A DNA stretch of 62,542 nucleotides, the filler included, from Methanobacteriota archaeon (GTDB taxonomy: Archaea > JACRDV01): the NCBI GenBank assembly GCA_024860865.1. It is 9 parts of 9 records of this genome, joined end to end, with 100 filler letters (N's around TTAATTAATTAA, not from the genome) between each part and the next. Parts side by side here need not be neighbours in the genome. Positions count along the whole stretch, not along the records: positions 8,520 to 19,478 come from JACRDV010000115.1; positions 19,579 to 25,228 come from JACRDV010000116.1; 7 more parts are not named here. One strand, 5' to 3'. The notes under the pieces were generated by a model. It was not told the origin of the DNA, made no database searches, and worked only from the letters and a program-made list of their open reading frames with translations. Below are positions 9,424-21,039 of this stretch, piece by piece. Position numbers and translations under genes: made by a program. Numbering within the stretch: the first letter of the stretch is position 1; each line of letters begins with the position of its first letter.

Positions 9424-10902
9424 ATGGCTCTTAGATTCATAACATGTCTAGTTGCAACAGAAAAATTTAATAAATTATCAAAAATAGTCGAAGATTCATC
9501 TAAAAAACGTGCTACAGTTTTAAGTGCACATATCTCCCCTAAAATTACTTTCGGCGTAGTTGTTGTTGTAGAAGACTATTTGGAGAAAGTCCTTCTCGCT
9601 TTAACGCAATTTGGAGTTAGAATTGTAGGTGTAATGGCGCTTAGCGTCGATGAGATAATTGCTCAATTAGATCGTTGCCTTTTAGATCTAAGTGAAGGAA
9701 AAGAAGAAGCATTAAAAGAAGTTGATGAACTCCCTGAAAAATGGCGCAAACAACTTTTAATTCTGAAAGACCAGTTATTAATTGAAGCTGAGCGATTAAA
9801 TGCTTATTCTCATTTTGGAAAAAGTGGCAATGAAGTTGTGGTCCATGGATGGGCCCCTGCGAAAGAAATTGGTAAGCTGACAAATCTTATAAATGAAGAA
9901 ACAAAGGGCACAGCCACAATCAGAGTTGCGATTCCCACTGAACTAGAAAAACCGCCAACTTTATTGGATAATCCAAGAATTTTTAAACCCTTTGAAAGGT
10001 TAATAGAAGTTTTTGCTTTGCCATTTTACCGAGAATTTGATCCGACTATTATTTTGGCAATTACTTTTACAATTTTTTTTGGGGTTATGGTCTCTGATGT
10101 GCTTTACGGGGCTTTAATTAGTTTCTTTGGAGTTGTACTAGCTTATAAAATTGGAAGGTTTGATAAATATCTACATGACCTTGGATTAATTCTCATCGGA
10201 GTTGGAATGTCCTCAATCATATTTGGTTTTTTAATAGGATCGGTCGTAGGCGGGCTAATTGTCCCAAAATGGAGTTTAATAAAGTTAACGCCAATAAATA
10301 TTCTATTATTTTTTGGGCTTGGTTTTTTATTTGGTGTTTTTCATATAAGCATAGGAATTTTAATTGCCCTTTGGAAAAATGTTAAGCAGAAGCTTTACTT
10401 GGCTGCTTTTACTGAGCAAGGAGTTTCTTTGCTTATCATATTGAGCTTGCTACTTATTGGAGCTGGATTAAATTTACCAAAATACCATTGGTTGATGGAT
10501 TTTGGGCCAATTTTTATTAAAATAGGGATGGCTCTTTTTGGAGCTTGTGTTGTTATAGCTATTGTTACATTTAAATTTGAAAGGGTAACTGGAATTATTG
10601 AAATTTTCGCGAGGGTGGTTTCATACTCCCGTTTAGTTGCAATTGCAATTTCTGGTGCTATGATAGCACATGCGATAACACTACTTGCACTTAAATTGAT
10701 GGCTTTATCGCTAATTGGTGTTATACTCGGTATTTTTGCAATGGTCATCGGTCATTTTTTGAATTGTGCTTTAGTAATAGTTGCCGCATTTATTCATTCA
10801 CTCAGGCTCGAATATGTTGAATTCTTTGGAAGGTTTTTCGAAACTTGGGGAAAAAAGTTTTCTCCGTTTAGAGTTGAGAGACAATTTACTGTTATCAGTT
10901 GA
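9424..10902 (+). CDS. atpI: A/V-ATPase subunit I, distal and membrane part (split gene)
   Basis: GWAP, PPTLLDNP, EFDPT, SYSRL (essential Arg), HSLRLEYVEFFGRFF. Confidence 0.88.
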   Translation: MALRFITCLVATEKFNKLSKIVEDSSKKRATVLSAHISPKITFGVVVVVEDYLEKVLLALTQFGVRIVGVMALSVDEIIAQLDRCLLDLSEGKEEALKEVDELPEKWRKQLLILKDQLLIEAERLNAYSHFGKSGNEVVVHGWAPAKEIGKLTNLINEETKGTATIRVAIPTELEKPPTLLDNPRIFKPFERLIEVFALPFYREFDPTIILAITFTIFFGVMVSDVLYGALISFFGVVLAYKIGRFDKYLHDLGLILIGVGMSSIIFGFLIGSVVGGLIVPKWSLIKLTPINILLFFGLGFLFGVFHISIGILIALWKNVKQKLYLAAFTEQGVSLLIILSLLLIGAGLNLPKYHWLMDFGPIFIKIGMALFGACVVIAIVTFKFERVTGIIEIFARVVSYSRLVAIAISGAMIAHAITLLALKLMALSLIGVILGIFAMVIGHFLNCALVIVAAFIHSLRLEYVEFFGRFFETWGKKFSPFRVERQFTVIS

Positions 10903-10916
10903 AATTATTCTAAACC

Positions 10917-11348
10917 TCAAGTCAACAACGTAAAAACATATTGAGTTGTAGTTGGAAGTTCTTTTCTAAGTTTCCTAATATCCGGCCGATATATGAAAAC
11001 TTTGTCTCCATTTGGCTTAACTCCAAGGATTTTGTTCACTAATTTACATTCCTCTTCTCCACGAATTCTTGCAATTCCAGTTCCAAACTCTGTTGGTCCA
11101 AGCTCAATGTAAATAGGCAGTCTCAATTTGTTGTGACAGTAGGTCGGTAGCAAAGAAGAGAGTTTTCTTAACTCTTCTTTTATAAATCTATGAGTGGATC
11201 CATCGCGACAAACTATTGATGGCTTCTCCTCTTTTAAAAGTTCAGCTAAGGTCTTCCTTTCCCGTGGCAGATGTTTGTTCAAAGCTTGAATCTGTTTTGC
11301 CAAAAGCTTGGACTCAATATCTTCGAAAGGAGTTCTCATTATTCTCAA
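10917..11348 (-). CDS. DUF61 family protein
   Basis: LNKHLP..RKTLAELL.E..P, LRLPI, LPTTTQY. Confidence 0.8.
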   Translation of the reverse strand: MRIMRTPFEDIESKLLAKQIQALNKHLPRERKTLAELLKEEKPSIVCRDGSTHRFIKEELRKLSSLLPTYCHNKLRLPIYIELGPTEFGTGIARIRGEEECKLVNKILGVKPNGDKVFIYRPDIRKLRKELPTTTQYVFTLLT

Positions 11349-11385
11349 TTAAAATCTGATAAAAAATACTAAAAATAGTTAAACT

Positions 11386-11769
11386 TTACAAAATTTCAAT
11401 TGGCAATATTGTTATAACTCCAACTAGCTCATTCTGCTTAATTTGCCCATCCCCACTAGCCACAAATAGTACATGATCAACACTTCTTTCAAACTCAATT
11501 GGAGTGACTATTTCCTCGCTAACAGCAAGCATATGTCCGAGTCTATGCCGAGAGTATGAACAAGGCAAAATTATACTGCTTTCTGGAATTTTGATTTTTT
11601 TAATTTTAACCCGCTTAACTTCGCCTGTTTTAAATTCTTTGTTCTCATCTGAAATTACACTGTGTATGTTCGCTTCAACACCAGCTATCTTAATCCGTAA
11701 TATGTCTTTTCTAATTTCTATTGGTTTAACACCTTTTCCTCTTCTAATAATCCAAACATCTTCTCTCAA
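11386..11769 (-). CDS. DUF22 family protein
   Basis: [11 protein letters not shown] motif, position after atpD. Confidence 0.7.
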   Translation of the reverse strand: MREDVWIIRRGKGVKPIEIRKDILRIKIAGVEANIHSVISDENKEFKTGEVKRVKIKKIKIPESSIILPCSYSRHRLGHMLAVSEEIVTPIEFERSVDHVLFVASGDGQIKQNELVGVITILPIEIL

Positions 11770-12425
11770 GCTGGTGCCTCTGTTACTTCTCTAGCTGCAA
11801 GAATAGATTTGATTCTTTTAAGCCTAAAGAAATTTTCTCGCTCCATTTCATCCAACCGCATCTCGATATATTTAGTGGTATTCTCAAGTCTTGGAATAAC
11901 TATATACTCAAGGGCATTAACCCTCCGCTTCGTTTTTTCAATTTCTTCAGCCAATAGCTTAACTGAAGTTTCAATTTCAGCTAGCTTTAATATAGGTTCA
12001 ATTGAATCTTCAAATTTATCAGTCGCTTCATCGAGTTTTGCTGAGGTTTCGCGCAGTTCATAACCACGTTCAATAACAGTTTTCTTTTCTCGTTGAGCCT
12101 CGATTAGTGGGACTAATACACCCATTATGTTCTTATTCGCAAAATCAACGCCAACCGACTCTTCCACGCTCATTGCGGCTTCTTGAGTAGTAAGAACGCC
12201 CATTACACTTTCTGCGATAATTAAGTGCTCGAAGGCTTCTCTAAGTAGTCTTTCCACATTGCCTCTGATTCCCCTAGCTTCCTCTATAACATCAAAAAGT
12301 TCCATAACAAGGGCATCTCGTTTTTCTTTGAGCAATTTATGCCCTTTTCTAGCTAATTTAACCCGCTCTTTTAATTTTAAGAGTTCCATCCTAGTTGGAT
12401 TTACGCCTTCGATTAGCTCTGCCAC
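11766..12425 (-). CDS. atpD: A-type ATP synthase subunit D
   Basis: [30 protein letters not shown]. Confidence 0.97.
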   Translation of the reverse strand: MAELIEGVNPTRMELLKLKERVKLARKGHKLLKEKRDALVMELFDVIEEARGIRGNVERLLREAFEHLIIAESVMGVLTTQEAAMSVEESVGVDFANKNIMGVLVPLIEAQREKKTVIERGYELRETSAKLDEATDKFEDSIEPILKLAEIETSVKLLAEEIEKTKRRVNALEYIVIPRLENTTKYIEMRLDEMERENFFRLKRIKSILAAREVTEAPA

Positions 12426-15418
12426 TAAGCTTTGCCTCTATACGCAGGGTGATACTTCTTAATATATTTAACATCAATTCGTTTAAGCTCGCCCTCTGGC
12501 AACATAGATAAAATGTCCCAACCGATGTCCAGTGTTCTTTCAATGGATCGATCTTCATCTTTTCCTTGGTTTACAAATTCTCGTTCAAAGCGATCAGCAA
12601 GCTCTAAATATTTCTTGTCTTTTTCAGTAAGCGCTTCTTCACCAACTACTGCAACCAAATCTCGGAGGTCTCTTCCTTCTGCATAGGCAGAATAGAGCTG
12701 GTCTGAAACTCCCCTATGTTCTTCTCTAGTTTTGCCAGCACCTATGCCTTTAGCCATCAACCTGGACAGAGAAGGCAAGACATCTATCGGTGGATAAATT
12801 CCTCTCCTATGCAGTTCTCTACTCAACACTATTTGACCCTCACAGTTTGAAGAAATTATTCCATTTTCTATGACAAAATTACTTGTGGCAGGAATTGTAA
12901 TATCATAAACATAGCTACTTGATTCAGGAATTTCTTTTATTGAAACTATCTTATCTAAGATAAAGTAGTCTGATACCAACTTTTCCAAAATTTTGATGTA
13001 ATTATCTTTAACATTTACAACAGTCTCTATTGCATCTAACCATTTTCTAACTTTAAACTTAGAAGCTTCTTTCTTGTCATCTTCAAATTGTTTCAAATAA
13101 TTAGAATTATTTTCTATCTGTGAAAGTGATAAATTATACTTTTCTCTAATTTTTTTAATTAAAGTTTTGCACATTTTAGGTGCGACATCAAATCTTGTAT
13201 GTTTAATTTCTTTTTTAATTAACTCTTTCAAAAGTTTTTGCTTGTTAGAATGATTTACGTAGCTGAAGATATGTTTTGCCAAAATTTTAGCATAACCACT
13301 TGATATGGTTAATTCTTGAATTTTATTTCCTTTGCTGAAACTACCGGTTGATTGCTTCCCAACGTTAATAGTACTTGGAATTGCCAATCGTTTTAATAGT
13401 TGTTGCAATCTTTTTACTATTGTTACATCTTTTTCGCTTTTAAGTTTTTTTCTATATCTTATTCTATTAAATTCTAAATCACAATTCCCGTCCCCATCGA
13501 AATAACCGGCAAGAAAAGCTGTAATAAGATTTTCTTCAAGCTCAAACAAACCTTTAAAGTCTTTTGTTAAACCAAAATATTTAGCAATTTCTATTATAAA
13601 ATCACTAGTGGCATTTAATGTTGTAACATCATTTTCTGTCATCTTTTTCCATAAGGCTATTCCTGGAAATAACTTTTTGAATAATTCAGAGTATGCATTT
13701 AACAGATTTGAATCTTTGTTAGAGAAACTAACATGGTAACCCTTTTCAATGATTGAGCCATCTGACGTCAAAAGACCAAATAAATACATAAGATTTTCAT
13801 TTACATATTTCCAGTTTAATATGATCTTCCTTCCATTTCTTACACAAATAGCTAAGATATAATCTAAAATTTTATTTTTAGGAATTGTTAAGACGTCCAT
13901 TAATTTTTGGATTTCGTGTAAAGTAATAACATTCTTTGGATGTGTAATTCTCACATAACTTATGTTGAGTAACTTACATGCTTCTTTTATAGTTCCGAAT
14001 TTCATTTTCAATTCCTTTCTCAAATATTCTAAAAAATCTCTTTTTAAAGTTAGATAGAAAATCTTATCAGAATGGCCTATGATATCAAGTATATCTGTCC
14101 TTTTGGACTCAGCAACTTCTAATTTACTTAGAGAGAATATTCTATCATCAACCTTACAATTAGAAACAGGTATCATTTTTGGGCCTTCTAATGTATCAAC
14201 TAAAAATTTGTGATCCGGGGTAGCCTTTACGGTTATGCCCGAATCTAATGTCATTTTCAATAACTTTTTTGAATTGTTAGCTAGTTTCTGAGAGTCTGAA
14301 ACTTTGGAAAAAATTGGTTTTCCATTAACTGACAAAACTTTGATTTCTTTGTTAGTATTAAAGTCATTAACCAAATCGCTTATTTTAATTAGCTCACCTT
14401 TATTAACTATAACTTCTGTATCACCGTGTAAACAAATATAACCAGTTAAGTCTGGAATTGGATGAGTAATATCATCGTCAGGCATAGATAGAATTGGCAT
14501 TTGAGTGATCGAACCCTTTTTGCCGATAATTTTTCCAGCACGTTCATAGATTGTAGCCAAATCTGTGTACAGGTATCCTGGATAACCCCTTCTCCCGGGA
14601 ACTTCTTCACGCGCCGCTGAGATTTCACGAAGGCTTTCGCAATAATTCGTAAGATCGCTTAGAATAACTAAAACATGCATATCTTTTTCGTAAGCAAGAA
14701 ATTCAGCTGCTGTTAAAGCCATTCGCGGCGTAATCAATCGCTCAATTGCTGGATCGTCTGCTAGATTCAAAAACATAACTACTCGTTCAAGCGCACCTGT
14801 TCTCTCAAAATCTTTTTTAAAGAAACTCGCCTCTTCGTGAGTTATACCCATTGCACAAAAAACTACGGAAAAGACTTCTTCTTCACCTAAAACTTTTGCT
14901 TGCCGGGCAATTTGCGCAGCCACTTCATTATGAGGCAAGCCTGCTCCAGAAAATAGGGGTAATTTTTGGCCTCTCACTAGCGTATTCATGCCATCGATTG
15001 TTGAAATGCCAGTTTGAATAAATTCAGCTGGATATTTTCTAGCTGATGGATTTATGGGAGCTCCATGAATATCTCTTGTCTCCTCTGGAATAATTTTTGG
15101 ACCGCCATCAATTGGATTGCCTGTGCCGTCAAAAATTCTGCCCAACATCTCATCTGATACTGCTAGTTTTACTGTTTCGCCAGTGAACCTAACCTTTGTC
15201 TTGCTGGTATCAATTCCAGCAGTTCCTTCGAAAACTTGAATGGCAGCTAAATCTTTTCTTGCATCTAAGACCTGCCCCCGTCTCTCTTCACCATCTGGTG
15301 TTTCAATTTCAACTAATTCTCCATAGCTTACTCCTTCAACACCTCTTACTATCATTAATGGTCCGCTTACTTCAGTAACAGTAGTATATTCTCTAACTTT
15401 TATAGTAACCAAATTCAT
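12425..15418 (-). CDS. atpB: A-type ATP synthase subunit B with intein (467 aa mature)
   Basis: [32 protein letters not shown]|intein|CEGQIVL. Confidence 0.96.
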   Translation of the reverse strand: MNLVTIKVREYTTVTEVSGPLMIVRGVEGVSYGELVEIETPDGEERRGQVLDARKDLAAIQVFEGTAGIDTSKTKVRFTGETVKLAVSDEMLGRIFDGTGNPIDGGPKIIPEETRDIHGAPINPSARKYPAEFIQTGISTIDGMNTLVRGQKLPLFSGAGLPHNEVAAQIARQAKVLGEEEVFSVVFCAMGITHEEASFFKKDFERTGALERVVMFLNLADDPAIERLITPRMALTAAEFLAYEKDMHVLVILSDLTNYCESLREISAAREEVPGRRGYPGYLYTDLATIYERAGKIIGKKGSITQMPILSMPDDDITHPIPDLTGYICLHGDTEVIVNKGELIKISDLVNDFNTNKEIKVLSVNGKPIFSKVSDSQKLANNSKKLLKMTLDSGITVKATPDHKFLVDTLEGPKMIPVSNCKVDDRIFSLSKLEVAESKRTDILDIIGHSDKIFYLTLKRDFLEYLRKELKMKFGTIKEACKLLNISYVRITHPKNVITLHEIQKLMDVLTIPKNKILDYILAICVRNGRKIILNWKYVNENLMYLFGLLTSDGSIIEKGYHVSFSNKDSNLLNAYSELFKKLFPGIALWKKMTENDVTTLNATSDFIIEIAKYFGLTKDFKGLFELEENLITAFLAGYFDGDGNCDLEFNRIRYRKKLKSEKDVTIVKRLQQLLKRLAIPSTINVGKQSTGSFSKGNKIQELTISSGYAKILAKHIFSYVNHSNKQKLLKELIKKEIKHTRFDVAPKMCKTLIKKIREKYNLSLSQIENNSNYLKQFEDDKKEASKFKVRKWLDAIETVVNVKDNYIKILEKLVSDYFILDKIVSIKEIPESSSYVYDITIPATSNFVIENGIISSNCEGQIVLSRELHRRGIYPPIDVLPSLSRLMAKGIGAGKTREEHRGVSDQLYSAYAEGRDLRDLVAVVGEEALTEKDKKYLELADRFEREFVNQGKDEDRSIERTLDIGWDILSMLPEGELKRIDVKYIKKYHPAYRGKA
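12845..14434 (-). mobile_element. Intein (530 aa) with LAGLIDADG endonuclease in AtpB
   Basis: Starts CLHGDT, block [17 protein letters not shown] and [10 protein letters not shown], ends VYDITI..IISSN followed by Cys. Confidence 0.93.
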
Positions 15419-15420
15419 CC

Positions 15421-18400
15421 CTACTCTGCAGCAGTTTTTTCAATTAGCGTATCAAATTGAGTGCTTAATTTCTGGTGAATTTCTTTAATTTTCGCCTCAG
15501 CTTCATTTTCAGGTATTGTTTTCATCCTAGCAATTTCATCCTTAATTGGTAGCTTAACTATATCAGAAATTTGAACTCCTTTGTTAATAGCTTCTACACC
15601 TTTCTCATAGAACATCAAAATTGTTTTTAACATTGATATCTGCTTTTTAGCTGAGCAATATGTATCGACTGGATGGTAAGCATTTTGCTGTAAAAAGTCT
15701 TCTCTAATCATTCGCGCTCCTTCAAGAGTAATTCTCTCTCTCTCAGGCAATGCATCTGGACCAACTAGCATCACAATTTCTTTTAATTCTGATTCTTTCT
15801 GCAATATCTCCATAGCCCTTCCGCGGAGCATTCTCCAATCTTCTTTAACTGCTTCTTTCCACCAACTCTCAACTGTATCCAGATAAAGTGAATAACTTGT
15901 CAACCAATTGATGGCCGGGAAATGTCTGCGATCAGCAAGTGAGGAGTCCAATGCCCAGAAACACTTTGTAATCCTTAGAGTGCCTTGAGTAACTGGCTCT
16001 GAAAAATCACCTCCAGGAGGCGAAACTGCGCCAACAACTGTGACTGAACCTATCCTTTCATTCGAACCAAGGGTGACAACACGCCCAGCGCGTTCATAAA
16101 AATCAGCTAATCTTGAAGCCAAATAAGCCGGATAACCTTCTTCGCCTGGCATCTCTTCGAGTCTGCCAGATATCTCTCTCATTGCCTCAGCCCAACGGGA
16201 AGTTGAATCTGCCATCAAAGCAACATCATAGCCCATATCTCTGAAGTACTCACAGATAGTGATTGCAGTATAAACGCTTGCCTCCCTAGCAGCTACTGGC
16301 ATGTTTGAAGTGTTTGCGATTAAAGAGGTGCGATGCATCAGTGGTTTTCCACTTTTAGGATCGACCAATTCAGGGAACTCCTCTAGAACTTCTGTCATTT
16401 CATTTCCACGTTCACCGCAGCCGACGTAAACGATTACATCAGCATCTGCCCACCTGGCTAGCTGGTGCTGTGAAACTGTATTATGCAGAATCATCGGAGT
16501 ATTTCCACCTACAAAATTATGAGTTTGTGGAACAGTTATATCATAAACGTCAGACTCTACATCAATAACTTTAATTTCTATTGTTTCATCGCAGAAAACA
16601 TAATCCAAAGATTGTGCAAAATCTAATAAATGTTCCAATCGCACTTGCTTGACTATTCTTTGAAATGTTTGTACAGTTAAATTCTGGTCAACATAATAGC
16701 CCGCTGTTGAAATCCCTTCTTTTTCTAAAACAAAAGGTTTCGTATTTCCAAGTATCTTTTTAAACAAGGCGCTAGTCATCGGAACTATATCTGTCGAATT
16801 AAAGCAGAATTCTTTGTTAAAGAAAGGATGTATTTTAATAACTTCACGTGCTGTAATAAAAATCCTATAATAAGTTCGTCCCTTTACTATTCTTTCTCTT
16901 ATTCTAAATAAAACCCCTGTCCTTAAAAGCATATATGAAATACCATCTTTCATGTCATTGCTTGCAGTAGAAATTTCAATTTCATCATCAGTTAGGCTTC
17001 CATCGCCGCTTATATAAGATATTAAAAATGCTTTTATCACTGAATTAGGAGATGTTAATAAAATGTCCGGAGGCTTAACATTTCTTGATTTTTTCTTTTT
17101 TGGGTATCCTAACGAAACTAGTAGGTCAACGAGCGCTTTACTATTTACCTTAATAGCCTCAACTGTCCTTTCCCAACTATCTTTAGAGTCAAGATTAAAT
17201 AATTTTTTGAGTAGATAACTTACTCTGTCTCTTAGTTTCTTATTCCTATTAAAGAAAACTACAGTCCCCCTGCCTCTTACCATACCATCCGACATTAAGA
17301 AACCTAATAATGCTGCTAATTCTTCTGTCAGGTATTTTGGAACAGTAATGGGTTTAGATTGCCTTTCCGCTTTTATAAGTTGGAATTCTATTTCAGTTTT
17401 TGTTAGATTCTCTAGTTTTCTTATAAACGATATATGTGGCAGATTTTTCTTGGAATAATAACCTAGCAAATTATGGTAGGATACATCTAATAGTTTTGCA
17501 AATTCTTTTTTTGTTATTTTGTTCTTGTTGGAGATATATTCAGAAATTATTATACGCATCTTCTCGAGTGCATCACTATCAGCAATTCTACAATCGAAAT
17601 TAATATCAATATTAGAGTAGTCAGAATTTAATTCAAGTTTTCGGGGCGAAATTATAAAATCTCCTACTTTTAAGTTTTCTGCCTCTTTCTCTACAATTTT
17701 CAAATTGTCGCCTAAAGAAAAAAGCTTGTGTAATGGAGTTAACTTTATTTTTCTACCAGATCTGGTTTTTATTTCAATAAGTCTAGATGTTTTTCCCTTA
17801 TAGACCCGGGTGGCATATGTAGGGGATATCTTTTTACCATCAAAGGTATAAACAAGCAAAGGCTTTAAAAGTCTTATTACAGTTTCGTATTCCGAAATTT
17901 TTACAACTTCTCCTACAGCTGAATCAAAAACATCTTTGATTGTCTTTAATTGATTATTAGCTAAAATTTTTGTGTCGCCAGTGACACATTTTCCGCTGCC
18001 GAATGGGCCAGGTATTGCAGCCGTTCCACCCTTTGCTACTGGGAAAAATGTATCATAAATGCGTTGGCCAGTAACTAAAGGAATACTTGGGTCGAGTTTT
18101 CTTCTAAATGGTCTACCTCTTCTCACTGGCCAATGGTGCATCATTTGAACTTCTTTTTTTCCAGTTGTAGTGCTAATCACTGCTACAGTATCCTCGACAG
18201 TGTAGTCACCCTTTTCCGCGATCTCAACTATCTTTCCTGAGATTCCGGGTGGTACAAGAATTCGATGTTCAACAATTTCTGTTTCTTGAACTTTGCCTAA
18301 AAAATCTCCTTCTTGAATCTTATCACCTTTTTTAACTAAGGGCACAAAAGTCCACTTTTTATTTCGATCAAGTGCAGGCGCTTCAACTCCACGTTTTATA

Positions 18401-18705
18401 AAATTCCCAGATTTCAACTTAATTACTTCAAGCGGCCTTTGGATTCCATCAAAAATTCTATTCAATATACCAGGACCGAGCTCAACGGAAAGCGGTCGTC
18501 CAGTTCCCAGTACCTCTTCGCCTGGTTTGATTCCAACTGTTTCTTCATAAACCTGAATGCTCGCCCTATCTTCAACTAACTCAATTATTTCACCAATTAG
18601 TTTTTGCTCGCCAACCCTCACCATCTCGAACATTTTTGCTCCTCTCATTCCTTCAGCTACAACCAATGGACCAGTTATTCTCACTATTTTTCCTTTTACT
18701 ACCAA
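15421..18705 (-). CDS. atpA: A-type ATP synthase subunit A with intein (591 aa mature)
   Basis: GPFGSGK|intein|[29 protein letters not shown]. Confidence 0.97.
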   Translation of the reverse strand: MVVKGKIVRITGPLVVAEGMRGAKMFEMVRVGEQKLIGEIIELVEDRASIQVYEETVGIKPGEEVLGTGRPLSVELGPGILNRIFDGIQRPLEVIKLKSGNFIKRGVEAPALDRNKKWTFVPLVKKGDKIQEGDFLGKVQETEIVEHRILVPPGISGKIVEIAEKGDYTVEDTVAVISTTTGKKEVQMMHHWPVRRGRPFRRKLDPSIPLVTGQRIYDTFFPVAKGGTAAIPGPFGSGKCVTGDTKILANNQLKTIKDVFDSAVGEVVKISEYETVIRLLKPLLVYTFDGKKISPTYATRVYKGKTSRLIEIKTRSGRKIKLTPLHKLFSLGDNLKIVEKEAENLKVGDFIISPRKLELNSDYSNIDINFDCRIADSDALEKMRIIISEYISNKNKITKKEFAKLLDVSYHNLLGYYSKKNLPHISFIRKLENLTKTEIEFQLIKAERQSKPITVPKYLTEELAALLGFLMSDGMVRGRGTVVFFNRNKKLRDRVSYLLKKLFNLDSKDSWERTVEAIKVNSKALVDLLVSLGYPKKKKSRNVKPPDILLTSPNSVIKAFLISYISGDGSLTDDEIEISTASNDMKDGISYMLLRTGVLFRIRERIVKGRTYYRIFITAREVIKIHPFFNKEFCFNSTDIVPMTSALFKKILGNTKPFVLEKEGISTAGYYVDQNLTVQTFQRIVKQVRLEHLLDFAQSLDYVFCDETIEIKVIDVESDVYDITVPQTHNFVGGNTPMILHNTVSQHQLARWADADVIVYVGCGERGNEMTEVLEEFPELVDPKSGKPLMHRTSLIANTSNMPVAAREASVYTAITICEYFRDMGYDVALMADSTSRWAEAMREISGRLEEMPGEEGYPAYLASRLADFYERAGRVVTLGSNERIGSVTVVGAVSPPGGDFSEPVTQGTLRITKCFWALDSSLADRRHFPAINWLTSYSLYLDTVESWWKEAVKEDWRMLRGRAMEILQKESELKEIVMLVGPDALPERERITLEGARMIREDFLQQNAYHPVDTYCSAKKQISMLKTILMFYEKGVEAINKGVQISDIVKLPIKDEIARMKTIPENEAEAKIKEIHQKLSTQFDTLIEKTAAE
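16480..17988 (-). mobile_element. Intein (503 aa) with LAGLIDADG endonuclease in the AtpA P-loop (VMA-b-type site)
   Basis: [41 protein letters not shown] followed by Thr. Confidence 0.95.
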
Positions 18706-19056
18706 TTATTCCTCCCTCCCTCGTTCTCCTAGGATTATTTCTATACCAATAGCCCTCTTAACGAGCTTTTGAAGAGGCGTAACCTCTCTCCGCATTGGAC
18801 CTTTTTTATCTGGAATTTCAACAATAATTGGAACTACTTCTTCTTTTTTTGCTTCAAAATCATCAATCATTTTCCTCAACTGTTCAGCAATTCTTTCAGT
18901 TATTACAATTATATTGATATCTTTTCTTTGAAAAAGAGATTTTAAATTCTTTGCTGCTTCTTCAGCTGATCCAACTTCATAGGTTTCTTTAATTCCAGCT
19001 AATCTAAATCCAACAATAGTGTCTTGATCGCCAATTACAGCAACTTTCGCGCTCAA
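18706..19056 (-). CDS. atpF: A-type ATP synthase subunit F
   Basis: AVIGDQDTIVGFRLAGI, EIPDK, KRAIG. Confidence 0.95.
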   Translation of the reverse strand: MSAKVAVIGDQDTIVGFRLAGIKETYEVGSAEEAAKNLKSLFQRKDINIIVITERIAEQLRKMIDDFEAKKEEVVPIIVEIPDKKGPMRREVTPLQKLVKRAIGIEIILGERGREE

Positions 19057-19147
19057 AATGACCCGCTCTTTAAATTAAATAGAATTTGATCTTGTTTGAT
19101 TTGGAAATTCCTTATTGTTAAAGAAATAAACCTCCAATTGCCAAAGA

Positions 19148-19478
19148 TTATATAATCAATTCTCTAATTTTTTCAGGTGAAAGTTTTTCTTCCTTTGCTG
19201 CAAGAATAGTTTTGACTGATTTAACTTCATTTTCTTTAACAATAAAAAACCCTATTATTGGGTTGGGTCCAAAAACTTGAAGTCTTGATACCGTTTTTGC
19301 AGTTCTTATTAAAAACTGCTCTAAAGCCCTTTCAAAAGGCAATAGCGACCCTGTTTTTTCGTACTCGGTTCTGACAGCATTCAAAATTTCAATATAAGAT
19401 GTACCTTCCAGTCTACTCAGTACTGTTTCGATATTTTCAGCCTCAATTAATTCTTCCAACCTTTTACCGACTAATTCA
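19148..19478 (-). CDS. atpC: A-type ATP synthase subunit C, 3' part (partial)
   Basis: LEGTSY, FGPNPIIGF..KENEV; operon position. Confidence 0.85.
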
Positions 19479-19579
19479 NNNNNNNNNNNNNNNNNNNNNN
19501 NNNNNNNNNNNNNNNNNNNNNNTTAATTAATTAANNNNNNNNNNNNNNNNNNNNNNNNNNNNNNNNNNNNNNNNNNNNA

Positions 19580-19813
19580 ATTACAAATATCCGAGGTAAG
19601 AAGAAGACTTTTATTGTAAGTAAATTTATTGAGTACGATAGGATTAGAGGCGTAGGAAAAATAGCTCATGTGAAGGACGGTAAAGAACCTTCTTTAACAA
19701 GGTTAGCAAAGAAACTGGGCATTAAAGAAAAAGAACTATTGCGAAAAGGAAGAAAGTTAGACCTTTATGACATTGCAATACTGAAGAGGGACTTTAAAGA
19801 TGCTTTCGCCTAA
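19580..19813 (+). CDS. Integron cassette ORF 1 (5' partial, hypothetical)
   Basis: Open frame ..KRDFKDAFA; its TAA lies inside the attC R'' box GCCTAAC. Confidence 0.6.
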   Translation: MTNIRGKKKTFIVSKFIEYDRIRGVGKIAHVKDGKEPSLTRLAKKLGIKEKELLRKGRKLDLYDIAILKRDFKDAFA

Positions 19814-19896
19814 CACAGCATAAAAGGTTCGTGCCTTATGGCACTTACCCAAATTTTTGCTTTGCAAAAACTTCTTTTATGCTGGAGCCGTTAAAT
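19808..19896 (+). mobile_element. attC site 1
   Basis: GCCTAAC..CAGCATAAAAG..internal hairpins..CTTTTATGCTG..GTTAAAT (RYYYAAC/GTTRRRY with inverted repeat). Confidence 0.85.
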
Positions 19897-19910
19897 AGAT
19901 AAACATAGAA

Positions 19911-20138
19911 ATGGAGGTAAAAATTATGTACGAAAAAGATATCGAGGTGAAAGTGCGAGAACTTCCTGAAGATTTGAGGGGGGCGGTTTTAGATTATATG
20001 GATTTCCTACTACAGAAGTATAAGAGCAAGAAGGTCGCGGCGAAGAAGTTTAGGTTTAACTGGGAGGGGGGCTTATCAAATATCCGGAAGAAATTCACTT
20101 CCGTTGAGCTGCAACATAGAGCTTTGGAGTGGAGGTAA
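19911..20138 (+). CDS. DUF2281-like antitoxin (cassette 2)
   Basis: LPEDL..VLDY.DFLL.KY, WEGGL, TSVELQH. Confidence 0.8.
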   Translation: MEVKIMYEKDIEVKVRELPEDLRGAVLDYMDFLLQKYKSKKVAAKKFRFNWEGGLSNIRKKFTSVELQHRALEWR

Positions 20139-20272
20139 TGTTTTTAGTTGATACAAATGTATTTTTGGAAATCCTCTTGAGGCAGGATAAGAAAGAAGAT
20201 TGTAAACGTTTTCTGGACAATAATATCGGCAATCTCAACATAACAGATTTTTCTTTGCACTCCATCGCCTAA
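20138..20272 (+). pseudogene. PIN/VapC toxin truncated to 44 aa at attC site 2
   Basis: MFLVDTNVFLEILL..TDFSLHSIA*; TAATG coupling to the antitoxin; stop inside GCCTAAC. Confidence 0.8.
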
Positions 20273-20346
20273 CAGCGGATAAAAGGGAAATCAAAGATTT
20301 CCCCAAATTGCCTTCGGCAACCTCTTTTATCCGCAAAACGTTAGGC
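20267..20346 (+). mobile_element. attC site 2
   Basis: GCCTAAC-AGCGGATAAAAG..two hairpins..CTTTTATCCGC-AAAAC-GTTAGGC. Confidence 0.9.
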
Positions 20347-20370
20347 GAAACGAAATTTGGAGGGTAGTAA

Positions 20371-21030
20371 ATGGGTGAAATACTTGGATACGGAGAAGAT
20401 GCCTTTACCCTGTGGGCAATAAAGAAACTTATTTCTGAAATTCTTAATAAATTGAAAGACCGCTCAAGCCCATCAGATTGTCTTATATTTTTTCGCCCAA
20501 GTTTCGGTCGAAGTGGAGGCAAAGAGAGTGAACAATTCGGGGAATTCGATTCAATTCTAGCTTCTCCAGAAAACATATATCTGATAGAAAGTAAGTGGGA
20601 TAATTTTTCAGAAAATAAAGAGGATGAAATTGAACTTGAGCACGAACAAGTGTTACGGCATGAACTTTTTACATGGTATCACAAAAATTGGATGTCCCAA
20701 GGATATCGAGATTGGAAAGAATTTAGAACTGTACTACAAAATGATTTTGAAAGGAATTTTCTGGATAGAAAGAAGGCGATTGCCCCAGTGGGAAGCTTAT
20801 TGGCCGAAAATCTGGAGTTTGTATTAAGGAAGTTAAAAGAGCACTTTAAAGAATTTTCTTGTGTTTACAAAGAGCCAAAAAATGTCCTATTCTATTTTTA
20901 TAACAAAAATAGATCAAAAGAAATATGGAAAGTTAGATCTAAAGATGTAGATGTAAAAGATGTAAATTTCGAAGTAATAAATATTGATTACAGTCAATAT
21001 GTTTTGGGCAATTTCATTCACCTGGATTAA
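20371..21030 (+). CDS. Cassette 3 protein, possible PD-(D/E)XK nuclease fold
   Basis: EFD..YLIESK motif; fills the space between attC2 and attC3 with only an RBS in front. Confidence 0.6.
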   Translation: MGEILGYGEDAFTLWAIKKLISEILNKLKDRSSPSDCLIFFRPSFGRSGGKESEQFGEFDSILASPENIYLIESKWDNFSENKEDEIELEHEQVLRHELFTWYHKNWMSQGYRDWKEFRTVLQNDFERNFLDRKKAIAPVGSLLAENLEFVLRKLKEHFKEFSCVYKEPKNVLFYFYNKNRSKEIWKVRSKDVDVKDVNFEVINIDYSQYVLGNFIHLD

Positions 21031-21039
21031 TTTCGCTTC

